DNA of 64,000 nucleotides from Escherichia coli O127:H6 str. E2348/69 (GTDB lineage Bacteria; Pseudomonadota; Gammaproteobacteria; Enterobacterales; Enterobacteriaceae): NCBI RefSeq assembly GCF_000026545.1, contig NC_011601.1; one strand, 5' to 3'. Shown piece by piece: positions 11,900 to 19,991 of this stretch (position 1 is its first letter; each line of letters starts with the position of its first letter). The notes under the pieces were generated by a model. It saw only the letters and a program-made list of their open reading frames with translations, ran no database searches and was not told where the DNA came from. The position numbers and the translations under genes were made by a program.

Positions 11900-12856
11900 T
11901 TATTTGATTTGATAATCGATGGACAAGCTGTACCCCTGCACGCCATCATCGCCGAGAGTAAGGCTGGAGCTGTTGAATGCAGTACCCGCTTCGGAGTTGG
12001 TTGCCGGAATAACCAGTGCAGTGTTGTTCCAGGTATCTTTAACCACACCACCCGCAGTACCGTGCGCGCTGGTGCCGGAGAAGCGCCAACGGTAGTCGTA
12101 CTGGCTGGTAACATCCTCGCCTGTATCAACTTTGTTGTTGTTGTTCGCATCAGAGTACAGGATGACACTGTAGGAGGTTTTCGTCGCCAGAATGTCCGTA
12201 GTACCCAGCAGGTTTTTCTTATTAGTGTCATCTGTTTTGTAAATAACAACTTTCACATTGTTATCAACAACCGGACCGGCTGGGATATCATCGCTTGCAG
12301 AACCACCACCATCACCAGAACCGGAACCATCACCTGTGCCATCACTGCCACCGGAACCATCATTGTCACCCGGACCATTAGTAATATCTGCCAGCGTCAA
12401 CTCTGCACCCACAGCCGGAATACCGGTCGCGGTGGTAGGGGTAATTTTGATACCAATTTTTTTACCCGCATCAGCGCTGGTGAGGGTATAAGTTTCGCCT
12501 TCGGCTCCGCTAATTTCCTGACCATTACGCAGCCACTTAATGGTAGCTTTGGTCGACGCATCATTAGCATCGGTATCGCCTTCAGCATCAGCGAGTCCCC
12601 AATGTACCGTCACTTCATCACCAACAGCCAGTTGTGCTGTTGATTTGCTGCCACCGCGTTTTGCACTAATACTAACGTGGTGATCAACAGGTGTCGCGGA
12701 AGTGTCCTGAATCCACGGTACCGTACTGTTAATTGCGCCAGTACTCTCGGTCACAGTGGTCCATGCTGCAGATGCAATTGCAGGAATGGCACAATACCCC
12801 GCAACAGCCAACGCCAGCACAACCTTTCTTAAATTACGATTACTTTCCAGTTTCAT
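11900..12856 (-). CDS. sinI: SinI-like secreted protein with Gly/Ser/Asp-rich linker
   Basis: 318 aa; signal peptide; SD 'aggaga'; C-terminal 'YDYRWRFSGTSAHGTAGG...ATNSEAGTAF...DGVQGYSLSIDYQIK' is paralogous to the C-terminus of the upstream inverse autotransporter. Confidence 0.65.
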   Translation of the reverse strand: MKLESNRNLRKVVLALAVAGYCAIPAIASAAWTTVTESTGAINSTVPWIQDTSATPVDHHVSISAKRGGSKSTAQLAVGDEVTVHWGLADAEGDTDANDASTKATIKWLRNGQEISGAEGETYTLTSADAGKKIGIKITPTTATGIPAVGAELTLADITNGPGDNDGSGGSDGTGDGSGSGDGGGSASDDIPAGPVVDNNVKVVIYKTDDTNKKNLLGTTDILATKTSYSVILYSDANNNNKVDTGEDVTSQYDYRWRFSGTSAHGTAGGVVKDTWNNTALVIPATNSEAGTAFNSSSLTLGDDGVQGYSLSIDYQIK

Positions 12857-12903
12857 TACTACTATCTCCTTGGTTACCCTTCAGCCACAGCCATATTGCA
12901 TTG

Positions 12904-15108
12904 CTACGCTGATTTTTGCTTTTCGCTATAAACCACACGAATCCCATATCCCTGCACGCCATCACGCTCCTCTGCATCAAATTTCGATGCGGCTTCCTTG
13001 TTGGTGGCTGGTAGAATCAAATCCTCATTTATCGTATTCGCTTTCGCGCCAGTAGAACCGTGTGCGCTTTTACCTGTAAATTCCCACTCATAGTCGTAAC
13101 GCGCTTTTTCTTCTTCAGTCAGTTTTTCCGACTGCTGATAAATGCCATCGTTATTGGAATCACGCCACATCACGAAACGATAACCAGATTTCAGAGGGAT
13201 CGGTTTTGCATCACCGGCAAGATTTTTCGGGCTGCTTTCCTCAAGCCGATAAATAAAGCCATTAATGCCGCCAACATTTGCAGTGTTGGTAAAAGTAACA
13301 TCCACAAAGTTCGAGTCGCTATACGGTTCCGCCTTCACTTTCCAACGGAAAGTCCCCGGCAGCGTACTGGATAAGGTAATAGTGCCCTTCTCTTTATCGC
13401 GCTTAGCAATGAAGACACACGGTGTTTCAGTGACGCAGGGTTTGGTGTTCAGCGTCACTTTCTTGTCGTTTTCATCGTACAGTGTCGGTGTCACCCCTGT
13501 TTCAGGTAAGGTGTTCCCGTTTTTGTCAGTGTTATCACCAAAACTGTCAGTGATATGCATATCCATGACAACACCATCGCTGCCATCGGCTTTGGCTTCC
13601 GCTTGATAGCTGTGATTGTTATCCGCAGGGACACTGAGAACATGGTTAACAATCAGTTCGATCTTACGATCCTGTTTCACCACAATTTCGACGACACCTG
13701 AGTTTTGGCGGTTACCTTTCTCATCTTCCAGTGCAAGGCGCACACGCCAGGTATTAACCTTCTCTTGCTCTTCTTTGGTTGATGCACTTTGCCAGGCCGG
13801 CAGTACCAGGTTCCAGCGGTTGTTATTACCTTCCGTCAGTGCATTCGCTTTCACAACAGGCATGACTAACGTGCGGTTAGCATTATTTTTCGCCTGCCAT
13901 GATGCCGCGACGATTTTGTAGTGGTTATTAATGAGAGCGTTAATCGTCCACTTGCATTTTTCCAGACCTACGGCCAGCTCCGGTGTATCTTTTACGATAC
14001 ATTCTGGATGTTCATTCGCAGTATCGGCTTTCAGCCACAGCGTCACATCAAGCGGATCTTGTTCACGATATTCCAGAACAATGAAATTATTACGTTCCAC
14101 GAAGTCATGACGACTACCCATTAACGAATGTTTAGCTTTAACATTGTCAGGATCTAATTGATCCTTCAGTGGCATACCTATCTGATAATTTAGGGATACA
14201 TTGACACTTAAATCAGAATTATCACCCGTACCGGATTTATAATCTGAACCTACGGTAAATAGCGGCACAGGGTTATACATTAATCCGACGGTTAACGCCT
14301 GGGGATTTTTTTCCAGGTTATCGGTGCCGAATAGCGCAACTTCATCACCGTAATATTGTTCGTAAACCAGCTTTGCACCGAACTGCGGCCATGCTGGCAA
14401 CCACCCTTCAGCCCGGACATCCCAGCCGCGCGCTGGTCGTTCTTCGTAAAAGTCGAAATCTTTTGAATCTTTCCAGTCTGAAAGTGGATGGTAATAGTTT
14501 CCGGAAAACTTCAGATAGTCGGTCCAGGCTTCGCTACCCAGCCCCAAGCGACGATGACCGCGAGTAAAGTCATAGTCATAAAACAGGTTGCCGCCAAGCA
14601 ACCAGCTACCAATGTTCTGGCGTACACCAACCCCAATGTTACCGATGGTTCGGTCGTCTTTACGTTGTGCAGAGAACTGGCTGAAAACGAGTGTTTCCTG
14701 GTTATCATACCAGGGGACAAAGTAGTCAAAAGTGCTGCCATCCAGGTCGCCACCTTCTCCTATAGACAAGCTGGTTCTGACAGAACCATAAGGCGACAAG
14801 ACGTTCTCAAGATAAGACTGAGCAGTGGACGTCACCTGCTCTTTCGCATAGCTTTCAGCCTGAGCCTTCAGGGCCTCGGGCGTTAGATTTTCAAAACCTT
14901 GCGTGGCGGAGCTTATAAAATAACCCTGAGCTTTACCGCCTAAAGCACCTTTTTCATCTTTGCTGTTTGATTTTTCACTACTACCTAAATCAGGAAGTGT
15001 ATTAGGGCTATCAGTAGAACTGATATTTGTTGGTTCCACCTTTCCTTCTGATGCCCATGAAGCACTTGCCCATATAATAGAAAAAAGCACTGGAGACCAA
15101 CGCAACAT
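12904..15108 (-). CDS. sinH: Inverse autotransporter adhesin (intimin/invasin family), SinH-like
   Basis: 734 aa; signal peptide; beta-barrel region ('DYFVPWYDNQETLVFSQFSAQRKDDRTIGNIGVGVRQNIGSWLLGGNLFYDYDF') typical of the intimin/invasin beta-domain; location between xseA and der matches the Salmonella CS54 sinH locus. Confidence 0.75.
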   Translation of the reverse strand: MLRWSPVLFSIIWASASWASEGKVEPTNISSTDSPNTLPDLGSSEKSNSKDEKGALGGKAQGYFISSATQGFENLTPEALKAQAESYAKEQVTSTAQSYLENVLSPYGSVRTSLSIGEGGDLDGSTFDYFVPWYDNQETLVFSQFSAQRKDDRTIGNIGVGVRQNIGSWLLGGNLFYDYDFTRGHRRLGLGSEAWTDYLKFSGNYYHPLSDWKDSKDFDFYEERPARGWDVRAEGWLPAWPQFGAKLVYEQYYGDEVALFGTDNLEKNPQALTVGLMYNPVPLFTVGSDYKSGTGDNSDLSVNVSLNYQIGMPLKDQLDPDNVKAKHSLMGSRHDFVERNNFIVLEYREQDPLDVTLWLKADTANEHPECIVKDTPELAVGLEKCKWTINALINNHYKIVAASWQAKNNANRTLVMPVVKANALTEGNNNRWNLVLPAWQSASTKEEQEKVNTWRVRLALEDEKGNRQNSGVVEIVVKQDRKIELIVNHVLSVPADNNHSYQAEAKADGSDGVVMDMHITDSFGDNTDKNGNTLPETGVTPTLYDENDKKVTLNTKPCVTETPCVFIAKRDKEKGTITLSSTLPGTFRWKVKAEPYSDSNFVDVTFTNTANVGGINGFIYRLEESSPKNLAGDAKPIPLKSGYRFVMWRDSNNDGIYQQSEKLTEEEKARYDYEWEFTGKSAHGSTGAKANTINEDLILPATNKEAASKFDAEERDGVQGYGIRVVYSEKQKSA

Positions 15109-15340
15109 ATAAAAACCATCCCTGATTTAATTTCAAATTAAATTTTATTTTAGTTTATTTCAAATCAGCACAAATTGCAAAAAAAATATCACACAAACCA
15201 TATATTATAATTTTAATAAATAAATTAAATTTATTTATTAATTATAAAAATATAAACAATCAAAATTAATGCCAGATAATATATTTTTATTATGGATATA
15301 TAGCGCGTAATAAAAAACGCTGCTGTAGCCAATACAGCTC
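15109..15340. promoter_or_regulatory. Highly AT-rich upstream region of the sinH-sinI operon with palindrome aataaataaatt/aatttatttatt
   Basis: ~230 bp of sharply lower GC directly upstream of the sinH start; typical of xenogeneically silenced promoters. Confidence 0.45.
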
Positions 15341-15908
15341 CTTAATCCGCGCCACTATGACAGTCTCCACAACAGAGGGGCGTTTTCTTATGCCATTGCT
15401 TAATGATTAACTCAATTTCTGGAACCTCTATTAATACCATCGTCTTCGGTGCAACTTTTTGCCGAACATTTTTCTGCTGAGAGGTTATAACACTGCTGGT
15501 GCGCCTTGTTGAGCTGATGGGCCTCGCGGCCACATCTTGCTGCCTGCTCGTAAGAATATGCAATCAAGCAGCAGAGAAACATAAGAGATTGCCCCCAGGA
15601 AATAAGCTCTAAATTTACCTTTGAGTTCATCGCAACAGCGCTGATAGTACTGGGGAATACCGATTCGACAGGAACAAGTCCGAAGAGGTTGGGGCATCTG
15701 CGTGGAAATTTGGAAGCGCTGCTCATAGCCCCCGATCATCAAGGCCGAGGGAGGTGAAGATATCAAAAAACATTATCCAGTTAGCAGCAATGCCGCTCCG
15801 CTTAAGTGGACGGCATTGCGCTACAGAAGATAAATATGTAATTACTTACTTTTCTTAATATGAAACACAAAAAAAACGATATACATTTGATTTTAAATTA
15901 TTTTATAA

Positions 15909-15944
15909 CAACCTCCTTTCCACTGGGTACACCCTTGTGTACAC
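15909..15944. repeat. Left copy of boundary repeat aacctcctttccactgggtacacccttgtgtacaca
   Basis: About 28 of 32 positions match the right copy; contains the palindrome GTGTACAC. Confidence 0.5.
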
Positions 15945-15958
15945 ATAAAATTGACACT

Positions 15959-16558
15959 TTATCGATTTTTTGCTTGTTTTTTGCTCCATGCCAAAATCTC
16001 TGCGGCATCAAACATTACTCGCCTCTCACCCATCTTAACTGGTTTTGGAAAATCGGGTCTCATCTTCCATCGCTGTAATGTGCTTTTGCTAACAGCAAGA
16101 AAATCGGCTACCTTTTGCACACTCACATATCCTTGGCTTGGAAAATCAGAGCTGTTGACATCATTCTCCCGTTCTATCCTTGCCTCTTCATGAAAACCAG
16201 CCTTCTTTGAAGGTATTTTAAGCGGTCTCTCCCGCGCTTTATCTTTTACAGAGTAAGACTCGATCCTGAGCTTTTTGTGTATCTTAAGAGGAGGTTTTTT
16301 GGCTGGTGGCTCAGGCGTCGGTTCTGGTGGTAAATAGTAATAGTAAGCCCTCACTAAATCTTCTGGTGTCAGTACACCGTAACTCATTGTTTCACGATCC
16401 GGGCGTAGTTCCAGTACCCCAAATCTAAACAACTTGTCCATTTCTGCGCTTGTTATTTCGAAGTGTTCTGACTGCTGCCCCCGAAGCTGGTAAGTTAACG
16501 CTTCTCTGGCTTCTTCAATATCATATTCGGGATGAGGAAAATGTGGTTTGCGAATCAT
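15959..16558 (-). CDS. Two-domain protein: N-terminal unknown domain, Pro-rich linker, C-terminal AlpA/excisionase-type HTH
   Basis: 199 aa; 'YVSVQKVADFLAVSKSTLQRWKMRPDFPKPVKMGERRVMFDAAEILAWSKK' is AlpA-like; linker 'PPEPTPEPPAKKPP'; ATG start with SD. Confidence 0.55.
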   Translation of the reverse strand: MIRKPHFPHPEYDIEEAREALTYQLRGQQSEHFEITSAEMDKLFRFGVLELRPDRETMSYGVLTPEDLVRAYYYYLPPEPTPEPPAKKPPLKIHKKLRIESYSVKDKARERPLKIPSKKAGFHEEARIERENDVNSSDFPSQGYVSVQKVADFLAVSKSTLQRWKMRPDFPKPVKMGERRVMFDAAEILAWSKKQAKNR

Positions 16559-16662
16559 CTAACTACCTAAACATCTACCCAAGAATTAATGCAAAAGTAA
16601 ACAATATCATATACAATATAAATGGTAAGTAGTTACCTAATTATTGGAGTAAGAAATTACAT

Positions 16663-16839
16663 ATGGATATGACCATGCAGGAATTACGGGCTACTCTAAA
16701 CCTATCCCCCAACTATCCTGAAGAAAACCACTTTCTAGATGATAATCTAACGGAAGAACTCGATAATGAGGAAATTCGACAACATCTGGGAATAGATTCG
16801 GATTGGATGGATGCAGTGGACACTAGCCAGATAATTTGA
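16663..16839 (+). CDS. Candidate small acidic protein (58 aa), below the ORF-track size cutoff
   Basis: Hand-translated: MDMTMQELRATLNLSPNYPEENHFLDDNLTEELDNEEIRQHLGIDSDWMDAVDTSQII*; 'ggag' SD 9 nt upstream of the ATG; divergent from the 199-aa gene. Confidence 0.3.
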   Translation: MDMTMQELRATLNLSPNYPEENHFLDDNLTEELDNEEIRQHLGIDSDWMDAVDTSQII

Positions 16840-17030
16840 ATCCTAACTAACAAAAACGCTGTCTGCCCTCTGTAGATTGGCGCTCTGTAGTGTTTGTCTT
16901 GCTTGCTTTTGACACCAAGTCGCCTGTAACTATGATCACGGGCAGGCATGAGCAAACAGATAACATAAAAGTCTATTATGGGAAGTGATTCAAGAAATCA
17001 TGGTAATTCATAGATAACTAAAATAGAATA

Positions 17031-17062
17031 ATAGCCCAAATCAAACTTGATGAGGGCTATAT
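17031..17062 (-). terminator. Intrinsic terminator downstream of the cargo operon
   Basis: Hairpin atagccc/gggctat immediately after the nucleotidyltransferase stop, followed on the minus strand by a T-rich tract. Confidence 0.45.
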
Positions 17063-17064
17063 TT

Positions 17065-17724
17065 TTAGTAATTGAATGATGTGCCATTCCCGTTAGTTAG
17101 ACTTTTTATGCTTTTTCTGAGGAATGGGTGTGTCATAAAACCGTTGACTCTCACACCGTAGACTGATAGAAAATTTTGGCATATAGGTATCAATTTTTTG
17201 CTATCATCCTTTGATGATTTTAAATCAATAAGTGTTGATATGTCTTGGTGTGTTATTAATTCTGTTGAAAACTTAAGCGCCAAGCTTTCTTTTGCGAAAA
17301 TTGGCGCTCGCATTTCTGCACTGAGTGATATAAGAATTGTCCTTACGCACCATGATATCCTTTTATTCATTAAGAATTTGTTTTGAATGTTATTGTTTTC
17401 AGCACATATAAAATGCAATAATTTTGTTGCAGTATCAATATCATCTGAATAATTTTCTTTGTATTTAAATGATGATGATATGCTTTCAAATAGCTCCTCG
17501 TTAAATATTGGCAAGCCCTCTTCCTTCAAGTGCAAGGCAAATAAACTCCCACCTTCCATTATTTTCTTCGCCAATGCAACAGGATACATTGCTATATTTA
17601 ACTTTCCTTTCACAATCATTTTGTAATGTAGGCCATCGTATATAGCAAACATATCCACATCAGATGCCTCAGTTTGATCTCCACGAGCAGTGCTTCCATA
17701 AATAACCAAAGATTTAATATCCAT
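17065..17724 (-). CDS. Minimal nucleotidyltransferase (Pol-beta superfamily) with C-terminal helical domain
   Basis: 219 aa; 'VIYGSTARGDQTEASDVDMF' matches the GS-x(9-13)-DxD nucleotidyltransferase signature; ATG start 1 nt after the upstream stop (TAGcATG); GC about 33%. Confidence 0.7.
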   Translation of the reverse strand: MDIKSLVIYGSTARGDQTEASDVDMFAIYDGLHYKMIVKGKLNIAMYPVALAKKIMEGGSLFALHLKEEGLPIFNEELFESISSSFKYKENYSDDIDTATKLLHFICAENNNIQNKFLMNKRISWCVRTILISLSAEMRAPIFAKESLALKFSTELITHQDISTLIDLKSSKDDSKKLIPICQNFLSVYGVRVNGFMTHPFLRKSIKSLTNGNGTSFNY

Positions 17725-17725
17725 G

Positions 17726-18847
17726 CTAAGACCTTGATGTACATATTTTATTTATTAAAGTTGGTATTAATATACCATACCACCATACACCAATCATCAT
17801 GTTAATCAGGTGTATTGTTTCATCTAGCTGCCCAATACCACTGGTCGTGCGCTCTGTTGAATACTTCGTGTAACCTGTAAGAAGAGTTATATCAACTGCC
17901 TTCATGAATGCCCCAATAACATCACCGGATGATGTTATTGCATAGATAATCGTAAATACAATCATGATAAATAAACCAACAAATATACATCTGAATAAAC
18001 TCCCTCCCCAACCATTAATGAGACCTGATGTATTTATTATAAAATTCTCAATCACTGATTTTAACAGCAGTATGCTGTACCATAGCTTTTTTGTTACTTT
18101 TGAATTACTACGCTCGAAGAGTAGAGATTTCTGCTTAGATTTTTGTTTGCATTTGAAGTGAACCTCTACCGCCTGATAATACACTTCATCATCCGGAATT
18201 GTAGATAATGAATTAAGCAATATCTTAGAGCACTTTGTTTTAGTTCCATAGGACCTGTATTTTTGGTACTCAGGTGTTGTACCTTCTTTCTCACAAATAT
18301 CTTTATCTTGATTTACAAATAGCGCACCAATAAATTTACTTGGCTCGATATATGTATTATTTAACTTTGTTTCATTACCGGAATAAGATATATCCTTATA
18401 TGTACAATTATTAAACTGACAGTTTTCAAATGATGCCATTGAAAAACTGCATTCGATAAAGGTACAATCTACAAATTTAATATTTTTGAAATTTGCATAA
18501 CCAAAGCAAACCTTCCTGAACTCACAACTCTTAAATGTTATTCTTATTCCTTTGTTGTCACCATATATATCACACTCTGTAAATACATATCCTGAAAAGA
18601 ATTTATTTTTAAAATTTTCAGGTTTATGTTTCTTTGATAAAATCAATTTTCCTTCATAGTCTTTAGGAGTAGCTATATGCTCAGGAATAGTTAAGTCTAT
18701 CGCTACCTTTCGAGGTCCAGAGTTGTTTTTCCCGTTAATATTTAGGTCGTCAAGTCCCCATTTGATGAACTCTTCCAGATTAATGTTAGGATCATATGTC
18801 GCATCCCAATAATTTTTTATCCGATGCTGCCTGATGCTGTTGGCCAT
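17726..18847 (-). CDS. Pentapeptide-repeat protein with C-terminal two-TM, K+-channel-like pore module
   Basis: 373 aa; every-fifth-residue Phe periodicity 'FTECD.../FKSCE/FRKVC/FGYAN/FKNIK/FVDCT/FIECS/FSMAS/FENCQ/FNNCT'; C-terminus TM1 'LFRCIFVGLFIMIVFTIIYAI', pore-like 'GDVIGAFMKAVDITLLTGYTKY' (compare KcsA 'DALWWSVETATTVGYGD'), TM2 'IHLINMMIGVWWYGILIPTLI'; GC about 33%. Confidence 0.65.
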   Translation of the reverse strand: MANSIRQHRIKNYWDATYDPNINLEEFIKWGLDDLNINGKNNSGPRKVAIDLTIPEHIATPKDYEGKLILSKKHKPENFKNKFFSGYVFTECDIYGDNKGIRITFKSCEFRKVCFGYANFKNIKFVDCTFIECSFSMASFENCQFNNCTYKDISYSGNETKLNNTYIEPSKFIGALFVNQDKDICEKEGTTPEYQKYRSYGTKTKCSKILLNSLSTIPDDEVYYQAVEVHFKCKQKSKQKSLLFERSNSKVTKKLWYSILLLKSVIENFIINTSGLINGWGGSLFRCIFVGLFIMIVFTIIYAITSSGDVIGAFMKAVDITLLTGYTKYSTERTTSGIGQLDETIHLINMMIGVWWYGILIPTLINKICTSRS

Positions 18848-19832
18848 TTTTTAACCCACACAATTCTTTTGTTATGTATTTCAGGCTTTGTTAACGTTTC
18901 AGCCAGAATGCTGCACTGTCTGTATATACAAAAAACTGAGTATTGGTGCTATCGTCACCGGTAACTGGAACTTTTACACGGGAGCATCAACCAAATTCGT
19001 TCTTTCATTGTATCCGCGTTATACGTGCATTCAAGCTACAAGATGATGAAAAACGCCTGTGTCTATTCTAGCAAGTGAACCGTCGTGAGTTCAACAGACA
19101 CAAGGGGCTACCCTTCAACAGATCCTGCTCTATGGTTGGGGGCCCCCCTTCGCGTTATGCGTTCTACGTTCATAAATGTTCGCTATTGGCACATGTCGGG
19201 TGAAATACTTGACCAAAAACTAAAGTACACGTGCCTAAGCAAAATCTGAAACTGAGAGACTGGCTAGTCAGAGTCGAATTTTACGCAAGGACTCGGTTCA
19301 ACTCTTTGTTTGGCAGTCTCTGCTCCCAAAAATGGTTTCATGCATATGATAAACCTTTTAGATTAGATTGAGCTCAGGTCAACAATAGTGTCAGATCGAG
19401 CACAAATCAGCACTAATGATGCTACACATCGTTTAGCACATCCAATTTTAGCCACCTAAAATGCGTTCTAATGCGGATATATGTCTACCTGCAATTCTTT
19501 CACCACTTCACACCGAAAACCTCAAATATCGGCTCCTATTACGTTTTTTCTCTGGCTGGGATTTTTACACGTCGAGAATAGGGAAAACATCCCAAAAAAC
19601 GCTTACAGTATTGACGTTACGTTGCAGGTATTCTGGCTTTCAGCATTACAACGCCAATATATATTATTGTTTTTAATATTGTTTTTATTTATCGTTATAA
19701 GATTGATTGTTTTTTATACATCAATTTTTCTATAAGAGTGAATCCTAAATATTGATATTTCTATGGGGTTGCCCTTCATCAAAATTGCGTTTTTTTCTAA
19801 GACTTTTGCTTTTTCATTGAGCTACGCGGATA

Positions 19833-19907
19833 CGCCGCCTCTGGCGGCTTTCTCCCGCGACAGGTCACAATCGTCGAATGCGAGTCGCCGCCTTTGGCGG
19901 CTTTCTC
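19833..19907. repeat. Two tandem 22-bp repeats cgccgcct(c/t)tggcggctttctc, each with a gccgcc/ggcggc palindrome, next to an AT-rich tract
   Basis: Copies at 19833-19854 and 19886-19907, 53 bp apart, immediately downstream of the Rep gene; AT-rich block at 19680-19790. Confidence 0.55.
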
Positions 19908-19991
19908 GCTACTGACGTTTGAGGAGATTATGTTGTGGTTTAATGACTATTTTTGATTAAAAAAACCACAAATGGTCGCAAAACTCTACTA

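Noticed and set aside
11909-12643. 244-aa plus-strand ORF and other overlapping ORFs (12258..12491, 12397..12588) within sinI
   Set aside because: Antisense or off-frame readings of the repetitive Gly/Ser/Asp-coding linker; no independent signals.
15342-15766. Three mutually overlapping minus-strand ORFs (73, 104 and 93 aa) between the sinH upstream region and the integrative element
   Set aside because: They overlap each other in different frames with no SD or motif; the region looks like noncoding junction DNA or a decayed remnant.
19134-19150. GGGGGCCCCCC palindrome as an intrinsic terminator
   Set aside because: No loop and no flanking T-tract; kept only as part of the structured ORF-free segment, not as a separate terminator call.
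19461-19735. 71-aa and 84-aa plus-strand ORFs in the AT-rich region upstream of the tandem repeats
   Set aside because: Very AT-rich and low-complexity hydrophobic translation ('LFLILFLFIVIRLIVFY'), opposite in orientation to every gene of the element; more consistent with an origin-associated AT-rich tract.
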